The notes under the pieces are model-generated. The model saw nothing but the letters and a program-made list of their open reading frames with translations, had not been told where the DNA came from and made no database searches. This document shows positions 48,210 to 57,918 of a stretch of 64,000 nt of DNA, piece by piece (the first letter of the stretch is position 1; the number at the start of each line of letters is the position of its first letter). The stretch covers positions 1,036,611-1,100,610 of the forward strand of contig JBFWVL010000001.1 in assembly GCA_050246755.1 (NCBI GenBank), read 5' to 3'. The translations under genes were made by a program, and so were the position numbers. This DNA is from Bacteriovoracia bacterium (lineage in GTDB: Bacteria; Bdellovibrionota; UBA1018; CAIPTA01).

Positions 48210-49702
48210 AGCGGGACGCTCTCTGCCTCTCCATCGCTGCCGCCTTTCTATTTTTGATCGAAGCCCTTGCCTGGCCGTTAGCGGCCGGCCGCGACGGACA
48301 CTCCTATCTCTACTACGCTTACGATTTTTTTAGCTTGGTTCCCGAAGACAGATTCACCATGCTCTTCCGTACGCCAATGGCTCCTTTTTTTGATTTTATT
48401 TTGCTTACCTACCTTCCACCCTGGGGGGCTGAATTGGCGATGGGAGCCTTGTTCGTAGCCCTCATTCTGAGCCTCTATCGAATCGGTTTATTTTGGGGCC
48501 GCAAAGTCGGCTTATTTTTTGCCGGCCTTTTCCTTTTTCATTTCGGCTGGGGATCCTTATTTCACGTAGTCTCTAACGATCCGCCGCTGGCCATTCTAGC
48601 TCCTCTCTTATTATGGGCTACGCTGGCCTCCGTAAAAACCCAGCGTCCTATTCGTTTTTTCCTGGTCGGGCTTCTCGTTGGCCTCTTCACCCTTACCCGC
48701 CCGGGGATTTTTCCGGCCCTTGGCCTCTTACCTATATTTCTGTGGAATTTTTCCTGGCCAAAGAAACTGGTGAGTGTTTGCGCCTTCTACATGGCTTGCC
48801 TGCCCATCCTGCTGGCCTGGAGTTTCTGGAACTACAGCCACTACGGGTTTTTCTCCATGGCTCCCGGAGCCAACGTGGTATTGCCGCTCGGCCGCGTACT
48901 GGCCCAAGAACAAATTCTCCGTGAGGAAAATGGTCCTAATTCCGCCGAGCTGGCTAAAGCGGTGCGGGAATTTATCCTCCAGCCGATTGGAAGCACCCAG
49001 GACGCCAATGAATACTTTCTTTCTCACCCCCGCTACTTCGAGTACATGCTGCTCGCCGACAAGGCATGGGGCACCGGTAACTATACCATTCTCCAAAAGG
49101 CGGCTTGGGAAGCGGTGGCTGCGCAGCCCGGAAAGTATTTCTGCGGAGTGGCAAAAACGATCTTGCTCTCGATGGCGGGAAACCTAAAACAGCCCGTGCC
49201 ACTGCAAAGTGGCGCCCGCGTTCACACGCATAAAGGCCATGTGTCCTATACGCTCGATACCCAGGACCAATGGATTCCCTTAAAAGAGTTTAACTTTTCC
49301 GCTCCGCTAGGCGGAGACGGGATTTCCGGCGTAATGGCAAAGCTCGGCCCGAATTCTCTCCGCGCCTGGAACTTCATGCGCTCTTTTCCCAAGCGCGACG
49401 GATGGATTCAGGTGGGAACAATCTTGAATTGGATGGCGTATCTCTTTCCACCAATCCTACTTTGGCTTTTGGCCGTTCTTCTCTGGCCTATTAGAAAAAA
49501 GAAAATTGCGCCGCTGGAAATTGGGCTTCTATACTTCTGGCTACTCTGCCTGGCCACCAATGTCCTAGCATCTTTTTCTATATGGAGCGTGATCTACGAG
49601 TATCGTTTACCATTCGATCCCGTCTACGTATTGACCGGGGGACTAGCTTTCCTGCATCGCTTTTGGCCAAAAGCTCTAGAAGATACGCCTAATGCAAGCT
49701 AG
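48206..49702 (+). CDS. Polytopic membrane protein, GT-C-like (ArnT/PMT-like candidate)
   Basis: About 12 TM helices. The first external loop has RDGHSYLYYAYDF (acidic motif). The gene is translationally coupled to the GT2 upstream. Confidence 0.5.
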   Translation: MKRDALCLSIAAAFLFLIEALAWPLAAGRDGHSYLYYAYDFFSLVPEDRFTMLFRTPMAPFFDFILLTYLPPWGAELAMGALFVALILSLYRIGLFWGRKVGLFFAGLFLFHFGWGSLFHVVSNDPPLAILAPLLLWATLASVKTQRPIRFFLVGLLVGLFTLTRPGIFPALGLLPIFLWNFSWPKKLVSVCAFYMACLPILLAWSFWNYSHYGFFSMAPGANVVLPLGRVLAQEQILREENGPNSAELAKAVREFILQPIGSTQDANEYFLSHPRYFEYMLLADKAWGTGNYTILQKAAWEAVAAQPGKYFCGVAKTILLSMAGNLKQPVPLQSGARVHTHKGHVSYTLDTQDQWIPLKEFNFSAPLGGDGISGVMAKLGPNSLRAWNFMRSFPKRDGWIQVGTILNWMAYLFPPILLWLLAVLLWPIRKKKIAPLEIGLLYFWLLCLATNVLASFSIWSVIYEYRLPFDPVYVLTGGLAFLHRFWPKALEDTPNAS

Positions 49703-50768
49703 AGAATATTTTCTCGTGCTTTTCCACGAAGAGCGAAAGCGAGAACTTTTCTTCTACGTGTTTCCGGCAATTGCTCGAAAGGTCTTCGCTTTGGGCTAAA
49801 AGCCTATCGGAAGCGGTGAAAATGTTTTCCGCACTCGGATAGTAAAAATAATCCCAGCCTTGCTCCACCGCCAATAAGGTACCGAGGCTTGGTGGCATGA
49901 GCTCCGGCATTCCGCCGGAAGCAATTCCCAAAACCGGCAACCCGCAGGCCATCGCTTCCAGGGGGACCGTAGGACTGGCGTCTTTGTCCTGCATATGCAT
50001 CAGAACTTTTGCGGAAGAATAAATTTCCGCCGCCTCGGCCTGAGCGTACTGACCCTCTCGCTGAACCCTATCTTCCAGGCCAAGCTCCGCCACCCATTTC
50101 CTGAAATCTGCTTCGGCATTTTCCCAAAGAAAACGCCCAGCGACGCGCATGCGCCAAGCTTTTCCACGTTGTTTAGCCAGCGAAAGCGCCTCGAGCGGGA
50201 GCTTTATTCTCCCGGGCTGACTGCAGCTTCCCATTAGCAAAAACTCAACGGGCCTCCTTCCGGTTTCGGAAATACGTTGGAAAACGGTGGTATCTACCGG
50301 ATTATATACCACCGAACTTAACGCGGTGGCCTTGCCCACCCATTTTTCGCAAGAGAGGCGGCAAAACTCGCTTTGGTAAATGATAAAATCGGCTTTTTCG
50401 AGAAGAGCGCGGGCGCGGGCATTCAGCTTCATTTCTTCTTTGCCCGCCCAAGCTGGATAGGCTACGCCGTTTTGGTTTAGCACGAACCGAAGGCCCTTAT
50501 CTTTGGCGACAGATGCCCAACCCAAGGCGCCTTTGGGCAATGCGCTTGAGACCAGATACAAAAAATTTCCCCGATGACCGCCGTCGGGAAAACGCCTCGA
50601 TAAATATTTTAGCTTAACCGCACCGCCCGCCAGTGTGGATTTAGGGTGGGTCTTCCCGGCGTAAACCACGGAAAGACCGTTCGTTTTTTTTAACCAAAAC
50701 TTTAACCAAAAATAAACGAGAAGATCGAGGGCCCTGCGCACCAGTGGCTTCCAGTTACTATTGCTCAC
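49689..50768 (-). CDS. Glycosyltransferase family 1 (GT-B)
   Basis: C-terminal GLPVLGIASGGMPELM (EX7E region). Confidence 0.75.
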   Translation of the reverse strand: MSNSNWKPLVRRALDLLVYFWLKFWLKKTNGLSVVYAGKTHPKSTLAGGAVKLKYLSRRFPDGGHRGNFLYLVSSALPKGALGWASVAKDKGLRFVLNQNGVAYPAWAGKEEMKLNARARALLEKADFIIYQSEFCRLSCEKWVGKATALSSVVYNPVDTTVFQRISETGRRPVEFLLMGSCSQPGRIKLPLEALSLAKQRGKAWRMRVAGRFLWENAEADFRKWVAELGLEDRVQREGQYAQAEAAEIYSSAKVLMHMQDKDASPTVPLEAMACGLPVLGIASGGMPELMPPSLGTLLAVEQGWDYFYYPSAENIFTASDRLLAQSEDLSSNCRKHVEEKFSLSLFVEKHEKIFSSLH

Positions 50769-51738
50769 CCGAAGGTACCTTACGGAAAGGGTGAGGAAAT
50801 CTGCGAAGAAGTTCCAGCTCGAAATTAGCGCGCTGGATTTTTACCACCGTATCCAGCAGCAGGCCCGTAGCGATAAAAAGCATAGAGAAAACCATCAGTC
50901 CGGTGGCTAGAATCGCCGAGGGAAATTTCGGCACTAGGCCCGTATGCATGAATTCGGTGATAACGGGCACACCAATTAAAAGACCCAAGGCAAAAGCCAA
51001 AAAAGAAAGCGCGAAGAAAAATGGCAGCGGACGGTAATCTTTAAAGATCCAAAGAACCATCTTCAGCACCCGAAAACCGTCACTAAAGGTATTGAGCTTG
51101 GAAAAACTGCCTTCCGGGCGTTTCCGGTAGTCAATCGGCAGCTCCTGTACCGCCAGGCGGTGGTGGGCCGCGTGAAGAGTCATCTCCGTTTCTACCTCGA
51201 ACCCTTCAGATAAAATCGGAAAGCTTTTCACGAAACGGTAACTGAGCACGCGGTAACCCGTCATGATATCGGAAAGCTGGGTATGAAAAAGAGTGTTGAT
51301 CAGCCAACGCACGAGGTTATTGCCAAAATCGTGGAGTGGCCGCGTGTTTTGCGCGCGGTAAACCGCATTGGCATGGCGGTTTCCTACTACCATATCGGCC
51401 AATCCATTCACTACGGGAGCCAACAAGGTGGGCAGATCATCCGCCGAATAAGTTAAATCAGCGTCAGCCATCACGTAGATATCGGCATCTACTTCGCGGA
51501 AAGCCTTGCGAAGCGCATTGGCTTTTCCCGGGCGCGGTTCCCGCAGGATCATTCCGCTTGCACCAAGGGCCTTCAATTGACTGGCCGCCACCTCAGCGGT
51601 GCGATCGGCCGAACGATTATCTACCACCACGATATCGGCCCGCGGCATTTTACGGAAAAATTCGGCCATCGTGGAAGCGATGGTGGATTCTTCGTTGTAA
51701 GCTGGGAGAATAACGACAATTTTTTTTTCTGCGCTCAC
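50758..51738 (-). CDS. GT2 with two C-terminal TM helices (GtrB/ArnC-like bactoprenol-phosphate sugar transferase)
   Basis: IVVILPAYNEE...DADLTYSADD...; C-terminal TM pair. Confidence 0.8.
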   Translation of the reverse strand: MSAEKKIVVILPAYNEESTIASTMAEFFRKMPRADIVVVDNRSADRTAEVAASQLKALGASGMILREPRPGKANALRKAFREVDADIYVMADADLTYSADDLPTLLAPVVNGLADMVVGNRHANAVYRAQNTRPLHDFGNNLVRWLINTLFHTQLSDIMTGYRVLSYRFVKSFPILSEGFEVETEMTLHAAHHRLAVQELPIDYRKRPEGSFSKLNTFSDGFRVLKMVLWIFKDYRPLPFFFALSFLAFALGLLIGVPVITEFMHTGLVPKFPSAILATGLMVFSMLFIATGLLLDTVVKIQRANFELELLRRFPHPFRKVPSGEQ

Positions 51739-52715
51739 TTCGAACCCGCCACTTTCAGTACTTCGGAATATCTCCGGCCAACCTCGGAAATCGAAAGCAC
51801 TCGAATATGCTCGCGATACTCATCTAATTTATCAGCGATTTGCGCAAAAAGCGCGGGCACTTCTTCTACATTATGAAAAGGCTCCCCACCCTTACCCACT
51901 AGCTCCGGACTGCTCCCCGAGTCTTTATATACGGACGGCAAGCCCGATGTGAGGGCTTCGATCAACGCATTCGAGCAGCACTCATTCTCGCTCGGCATAA
52001 AGTAAATATCCTGCTGCCGGAGAAAAGCGCCTACTTCCTCGCTGCCCCGTGGAGCATATGCTTTAATATTTTTAAACTTAGATTCAATGCGTCCCATAAA
52101 ACTTAGCTCATACCGGCTGAAATCGAGGTTTTCATCGAGCCAACTGTAGAGGGCCAAACCCTTCTTAGGGTTAGTGGACCAAGAAGTGCCGGCGATCCTG
52201 ATTTTTCTTTTTTTATCCCGCGCCTGATCGGAACGGAAAAAAAAGGCAGGGTTCACGGCATTAGGAATGATCACGGGCGCCTTAAAGTGAATATCCAGCG
52301 CCTCGTGCATCTCTTTACTGTAGCGGCTCTGCATGATCGTGGCGTCGGCCATTTCTAGGTTCCAATCCGAAATTCGCCTATCAATCGTCGAATCCGGTAA
52401 AGATCGATACACCGAGACCGGGCCGTCTACGCGATGGATGATGCGCAGATTTCTATTTTTGTAGCGTTTTACTTTTTCAAAATCGAAATTGAAAGAATTC
52501 ACCAGCAGCACTTTGGTGGCCGGGCCAACACGATTCTGGCTTACCTTAATGCCTTGATTTTCCAGTTCCCGGATCAGCGCCAATAGAAATTGATTGCCTC
52601 CGCCATAGGGAGGTTTATGGAATTCGTGAATCACGGCAAGCTCGCCACCCGCCGCCCATAATTTTATTCCATGCCAAAAGCTCACTCGGCAACTCTCACT
52701 GCAAGCTCTGCGCAT
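51735..52715 (-). CDS. Glycosyltransferase family 1-like
   Basis: GT-B architecture, ...ENECCSNALIEALTSGLP. Confidence 0.65.
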   Translation of the reverse strand: MRRACSESCRVSFWHGIKLWAAGGELAVIHEFHKPPYGGGNQFLLALIRELENQGIKVSQNRVGPATKVLLVNSFNFDFEKVKRYKNRNLRIIHRVDGPVSVYRSLPDSTIDRRISDWNLEMADATIMQSRYSKEMHEALDIHFKAPVIIPNAVNPAFFFRSDQARDKKRKIRIAGTSWSTNPKKGLALYSWLDENLDFSRYELSFMGRIESKFKNIKAYAPRGSEEVGAFLRQQDIYFMPSENECCSNALIEALTSGLPSVYKDSGSSPELVGKGGEPFHNVEEVPALFAQIADKLDEYREHIRVLSISEVGRRYSEVLKVAGSK

Positions 52716-54522
52716 CGCACATGGCGCGGAAATATTTTCCGCTTTTATAGAGCTCCGAAAAACTCCCGGTCTCTACTAGCGAGCCCTCTTTAAGCACAAA
52801 GATCAGATCGCAATTTCGAACCGTGGCAAGACGGTGAGCAATCATCACGATGGTAGTGGTGCCCTTCAATGCATCGATGCTATCCTGTACGGCGCGTTCG
52901 GATTCAGAATCTAGTGCGCTGGTGGCTTCGTCGAGAATCATCAGGGCCGGCGACTTATAAAGCTCGCGCGCGATAGATAACCTTTGCCGTTGTCCACCAG
53001 AAAGACGAATGCCCCGTTCGCCTACGATTTCCTGCAAGCCACCGGCAAATTTCTCTACGAAGGAAAGACAATTGGCTCGCTTCAGCGCCACCCGCACGTT
53101 TTCCAGGCCATCCACCGATTGATCCCAGCGCCAGAGAGAAACATTATTGGCCACCGTATCGTCGAAAACCACGCTCTCTTGCGTCACGTAACCGATGCGA
53201 GCTCGTAACGAATTGCGATCGAGATCACGATAGCTGGTTCCGTCCACCAATACATCTCCCTCGGAGGGAAGCATCAGGCTCGTGAGCATATCCACTAACG
53301 TTGACTTGCCGGCCCCAGATTCTCCCACAAAGGCCACCATGGAATTGGCAGGAATATGTAAATTTACATTTTTCAAAACTTTCGCCTCTCCATAGGCGAA
53401 GGTAACGTTCTTTAGATCGATACCCGTGCCGATACCCTGAAAGGCTTTTCCGCCTTTCGGCTCGGCCGTTCCACGAAGGTCTTTTAGCGTCTTGATCAAC
53501 ACGTCTACACCACCCACATAGGAGTTAAATCCCTGCCAAGATCCTTGCAGGGTGGTAGTTTCCCGCATTGCCCGATAGAGGAATAGCATGGCCACCATCA
53601 TCGCTTCCACGGTGCGACCGAACACCTGCGTCTGCAGGTAAACCATGCTCCCCAGGAAGGCCACGATCACGGTTTCAGAGCTAGCGGGTAAAATCGCGGA
53701 TAAGAACCCAATCCGCGAACCCGCAGCCGCAACTCGTCCGGCACTTTTAGAAATTTTCTTTTGCAGAGGACCCAAGGATCCGGTGGAAAAAAGATATTTA
53801 AAAGACTGCAGCAACTGCACCACGAGCGAACTCATGCTCGATTCGGACTGAGACAATTCGCGCGACGCGGCGGAAGTCCCTTTCATTACCATCCGTGCGA
53901 TTAGCGCGGTGATTACGCCAAACATTCCGGCTAGCACGGTAAATCGCCAATCCACCCGAATGGAGAGAAGAATATAAAGCGAGATAGAAATCACCATCGG
54001 CACCATCGCTGAAATTTGATAGAAGGCGGTTACCGAGCGATACACTTCGGTGGTCACTAAATGAGTGAAGAAGCCGGAATTGTGCTTAAGGTATTCGGAA
54101 TAGCGCATCGAGGCCACGGCTTGCGCGAGGTCTTCATTGATGCCGCCGAGAATTTTTGAGTACAAACGGAAATGATAGCCCTTCCCAATAAATACCAGCA
54201 AGCTTCTCACCGCAAACACCAATACCAGCACGGGAATCACCCGCGTCGGCACAAATTCGATTCCCAGCCATTGAAAAATTTCTATTAGTTTAGAAATAAT
54301 CGGCGAGGACTGCGTACCGTTCGCGGCCAAAAACTGGATGTACGCGATGAACGCGGCGATACCAGCTCCTTCGGTGAGCGTGCTAAATACGGAAATTCCG
54401 CCTAAAATAAGCGCGCGATCACCGGCATAACGGCGAAAGATGCCATAATAGAAAAAATAGCGCCCAAGCAGGGGTATACCCAGCAAGAAGCTCTTTGATT
54501 CCGGCTGATTTTCTTTCATCAA
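52696..54522 (-). CDS. Fused TMD-NBD ABC exporter (MsbA/PglK-like half-transporter)
   Basis: Six-TM N-terminal domain. Walker A GESGAGKST, signature LSGGQRQR, Walker B ILDEATSALD. Confidence 0.9.
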   Translation of the reverse strand: MMKENQPESKSFLLGIPLLGRYFFYYGIFRRYAGDRALILGGISVFSTLTEGAGIAAFIAYIQFLAANGTQSSPIISKLIEIFQWLGIEFVPTRVIPVLVLVFAVRSLLVFIGKGYHFRLYSKILGGINEDLAQAVASMRYSEYLKHNSGFFTHLVTTEVYRSVTAFYQISAMVPMVISISLYILLSIRVDWRFTVLAGMFGVITALIARMVMKGTSAASRELSQSESSMSSLVVQLLQSFKYLFSTGSLGPLQKKISKSAGRVAAAGSRIGFLSAILPASSETVIVAFLGSMVYLQTQVFGRTVEAMMVAMLFLYRAMRETTTLQGSWQGFNSYVGGVDVLIKTLKDLRGTAEPKGGKAFQGIGTGIDLKNVTFAYGEAKVLKNVNLHIPANSMVAFVGESGAGKSTLVDMLTSLMLPSEGDVLVDGTSYRDLDRNSLRARIGYVTQESVVFDDTVANNVSLWRWDQSVDGLENVRVALKRANCLSFVEKFAGGLQEIVGERGIRLSGGQRQRLSIARELYKSPALMILDEATSALDSESERAVQDSIDALKGTTTIVMIAHRLATVRNCDLIFVLKEGSLVETGSFSELYKSGKYFRAMCDAQSLQ

Positions 54523-54682
54523 AAACGGGCCTCGGGAACAGCGTTTCGTCTATAAAAAGGTTTAGACGGATTAGGCACTAAAATCTACCTTTCCCGATTG
54601 GGTTAATGGCAAAATAAAGCGCTGCAACCATGATGAACCTAAGCCAAATTTCTTTCATCAAAATAAAACGCGGAGCGTCGCG

Positions 54683-55765
54683 GTGAATCCTATTTCCCGC
54701 ATGGTCATAGGTCTAGGTGCCAATGCCCGCGCCCTTCTGGCAAAACCCTATACCCAATTGCTGGTAGCCACCGATTTTGCCGGATGGTCTCTCGATGAAG
54801 ATACTAGGGAACTAGTCGCTATTTCCAAAAAACTCGGCCTCACCGCCTATCGGGCCCATCGCCCGCTTTCCCGGCTAGAGCAATGCGTACACTATAGTTC
54901 TTTTTTTTCGCTAGAAGATCCCCGTGTCTTTCAAGGAAAGCACCGGGTTAGCGTGGACTACTATCATGGCAAACCGGAACAGGATCCGGCATTCCGCGCT
55001 GTGTTCGATACGATAAAAAAGCATGCCAACGCCCTTCACCGGGTTCGAATCTCCTATTCGGGAATGTTGCCGGTGGCCGAAAACGCGGGCGTTCCTCGCG
55101 ATCGCATTCATTTGATCCCGATTGCGGTAAATCGCGGTTATTTTCAGCCGCAAACCCGTGAAAGAAAAATTTCTCAAAGGAAAATCCTCGGAATTCCCCA
55201 AAGCTCCGTGGTGATCGGCTCATTCCAGAAAGACGGGCAAGGATGGGGTGAAGGCCTGGAGCCCAAGTGGGTAAAAGGCCCGGACGTTCTCTTACGCACG
55301 CTCACGCAGCTCAAAGAAAAAATTCCCGAGCTTTACGTGCTGCTCACCGGTCCGGCCCGCGGATACGTGAAAAGCGGGTTGGAAAAGGCCGGAATTCCTT
55401 ATCGTCACGTTTTGCTGGAACACTATGCAGACCTAGGAAAATTCTATCAGGCACTCGATCTCTACCTAGTAACGAGCCGCGAAGAGGGGGGTCCAAAGGC
55501 AGTGCTGGAATCCATGGCTTCGGGTATTCCGCTCGTTACCACCAAGGTAGGCCAAGCGATGGATCTTGTTCGCCACCGCGAAAATGGAATGATGGCCGAG
55601 GTAGAAGACGCAGACGCGATTGCCTCTTTTGCGCTTCAGGCGCTCAACGAGACCGCACTGAGCAAAAAAATAATTGAGAATGGGCTTCTCACGGCAGCCG
55701 CGAATACATACGAATCCCAATTGCCGCTCTGGAAAAAATATTTCACGGGTTACCTGAATTTTTAG
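54683..55765 (+). CDS. Glycosyltransferase family 1
   Basis: REEGGPKAVLESMASGIPLVTTKVGQ. Confidence 0.8.
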   Translation: MNPISRMVIGLGANARALLAKPYTQLLVATDFAGWSLDEDTRELVAISKKLGLTAYRAHRPLSRLEQCVHYSSFFSLEDPRVFQGKHRVSVDYYHGKPEQDPAFRAVFDTIKKHANALHRVRISYSGMLPVAENAGVPRDRIHLIPIAVNRGYFQPQTRERKISQRKILGIPQSSVVIGSFQKDGQGWGEGLEPKWVKGPDVLLRTLTQLKEKIPELYVLLTGPARGYVKSGLEKAGIPYRHVLLEHYADLGKFYQALDLYLVTSREEGGPKAVLESMASGIPLVTTKVGQAMDLVRHRENGMMAEVEDADAIASFALQALNETALSKKIIENGLLTAAANTYESQLPLWKKYFTGYLNF

Positions 55766-56524
55766 CTATTTCCGCCGGAAAATAACCGAGGCTTGCACCG
55801 ACTCGCCGGTATTCTTTTCGGGGTCGCGTGGCAGTTTATCTTGAAATTCCAAAATTTCGAACTGCTGTGAGATTAGCTCCCGCATCATGGCCGGCTCGAT
55901 GAAAAGGCTGCAATCGCGCAGCTGAAAATCTTCCGGCTTGGTTACGGTCACTCCGCGGTCCGGATTTTTTCCAAAATAGATATGCGCGTAGCCATTTTTC
56001 TTCAAAATGCGCCTTATGGCGTCAAGGTAAAATCTCACTTCATCTACGCTGTCGAAATGTTGAAACACGATGAAGCTATAAACAAAGTCTATCGACTCAT
56101 CGGGCACGCCTGAGATCTCATTGCGCAAGAATAGTTTGGGATTCTCCACGCCGTTCATGCGCAGAAACTCACGCGACTTATCGAAAGCACCGTGAATATC
56201 CACGCCGTAGACCTCACGGAACTCCTTGGCTGCTTGATGTAAAAGCCGGCCGGCACCGAATCCGATCTCGAGCGCGGCACCTTTGTCTACCTTGTTAAAC
56301 TGGGGAGACAGCTGAAAACGATAGTGCCAGTCGCGCTGGGCCTTTTCCAGGCATTCGGCCACCGAGGCGGTGGTATCGAACCAATTCAAGAAATCCACCA
56401 TATTTCCCAGCGCGGCGGGAGTGGAGGTCCAGGAATCCTTGACGTCAATGGATTTCCCTAAGAACTTCGAGAGGAACTTTTTCCTTAGGATATTCCACTT
56501 CATCCGGGTTTCAGGAAGGAACAT
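55766..56524 (-). CDS. Class I SAM-dependent methyltransferase
   Basis: ALEIGFGAGRLL motif I. Confidence 0.7.
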   Translation of the reverse strand: MFLPETRMKWNILRKKFLSKFLGKSIDVKDSWTSTPAALGNMVDFLNWFDTTASVAECLEKAQRDWHYRFQLSPQFNKVDKGAALEIGFGAGRLLHQAAKEFREVYGVDIHGAFDKSREFLRMNGVENPKLFLRNEISGVPDESIDFVYSFIVFQHFDSVDEVRFYLDAIRRILKKNGYAHIYFGKNPDRGVTVTKPEDFQLRDCSLFIEPAMMRELISQQFEILEFQDKLPRDPEKNTGESVQASVIFRRK

Positions 56525-56533
56525 ACGCGCGCC

Positions 56534-57181
56534 TCATTTCGTTGCCACCACGAAGTATCCCGTGGTGAGGGAAGAACGTTGTTTTCTAAAAATTTTCTCC
56601 ACCAGCCAAAAAAGAGGCTCGGCAAAATATAGCAGCTTACGCGAGATCTTCACCGAAAGCTTTCGTTGGCCCGGGTGTGCGTATCCCGTAGCGGCTTCGA
56701 GGGCGTCGAACAGAATCGCGCCCAGACCGCCCATTTCGCTAATCGAAAAATTGCGGAATCCGGCTCGGCTAAGCAAAAGGGCAGTGCCCGCCCGAGTGAA
56801 ACGGAAAAAATCCTGTTCTGCATCTCCATGCACCGGGCATTGTAGCGGAACCGATAGTATCAACCGCCCGCCCTGTACGAGCAGGCGGTTCATTTCCGTA
56901 AGGGCAGCGGCGGGATTCGAAACGTACTCCAATACTTCCGTCATCACGATCAAATCAAAGCTGCTGTCGGTGGCCGGAATACTTTCCGCTCCCGCCAGGA
57001 AATCGGGCTCCGCGGCGGCGTCCGGATTGGCATATTTCCAAGAGCTCACTTGACCCAGTGGCGGGCGAAAGCGGCCGCGCTTATTCGATTTCCGCCCTCC
57101 CACGTCCAGCACACGACCGGCCATCGTCGGCAACAATGCTTCCAGCTCGGCATCGAGGTATTCCCGCCGAAAAGTAATCAT
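56534..57181 (-). CDS. Class I SAM-dependent methyltransferase (Methyltransf_11-like); start taken at MITFRREY
   Basis: RVLDVGG motif I, DLIVMTEVLEYV, GGRLILSV. Confidence 0.7.
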   Translation of the reverse strand: MITFRREYLDAELEALLPTMAGRVLDVGGRKSNKRGRFRPPLGQVSSWKYANPDAAAEPDFLAGAESIPATDSSFDLIVMTEVLEYVSNPAAALTEMNRLLVQGGRLILSVPLQCPVHGDAEQDFFRFTRAGTALLLSRAGFRNFSISEMGGLGAILFDALEAATGYAHPGQRKLSVKISRKLLYFAEPLFWLVEKIFRKQRSSLTTGYFVVATK

Positions 57182-57918
57182 AGGTCGCGCACGAAACAAA
57201 ATTCCGTGTCCTTTGGGTATTCAATGATTTTTTTTTGCAGCCATGCGGCGCCTTCGAGCACGATTTCGCGGTCGTGGAAAGAGAGCACCTGTTCGTTTCC
57301 TACCACGCGAACTGGCGCGGGAGCGGGCAGCTTGGGGTTATGGCAATTCACCACTTTGATCCCATTCCGACGACAAGCTTCCAGCGTGGCTGCAGCGTAA
57401 ACATTCCCCGGCGGGACATAAGAGGTGATTTTTTCCCCGAAATATTTTTCCAAAATTTCCAGTGAGCGGGTCACCGAAGCGTGATGCACGGGGTCCGGGA
57501 CCCAGTTCCAGAATTCCCGGTGGAAAGTTCGGTTGCTTCCCAGAAACCGGGGCCGGAATCTTCCTCCGTCCACGATACAATGAGTAAGGCCATGCCCGGC
57601 GATCTCGAGCAGACCTTCTTCCATTCCGGCCTTTAGTATCCGGGCTTCCTCAGGAAATTTTTCGGGAAACGGCGTAAGCGAAGCGTCGTCCTCTACCCAG
57701 CAGCCCGTGATGGCCACGGTGAGCTTGGCTTTCTGCTCGCGCAGCAGGGCGTATACTTCTTCCCACTCTTTCACCGTCATCTCACGGTACGGCCCCCATG
57801 CCCCGAATAGGCGGCGGTCTTTGAGGATTCCCACGTTTAGCCAGCGATTGCGGGTATATTGCTCGAACTGCTTGGTACTGGCTCCGATATCATCGATTCG
57901 CAGCGCTATTTTTGCCAT
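57178..57918 (-). CDS. Divergent NodB-like polysaccharide deacetylase family protein
   Basis: LRIDDIG (motif 1-like), HGLTH (motif 2-like), YVPPGN (motif 3-like). Confidence 0.5.
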   Translation of the reverse strand: MAKIALRIDDIGASTKQFEQYTRNRWLNVGILKDRRLFGAWGPYREMTVKEWEEVYALLREQKAKLTVAITGCWVEDDASLTPFPEKFPEEARILKAGMEEGLLEIAGHGLTHCIVDGGRFRPRFLGSNRTFHREFWNWVPDPVHHASVTRSLEILEKYFGEKITSYVPPGNVYAAATLEACRRNGIKVVNCHNPKLPAPAPVRVVGNEQVLSFHDREIVLEGAAWLQKKIIEYPKDTEFCFVRDL

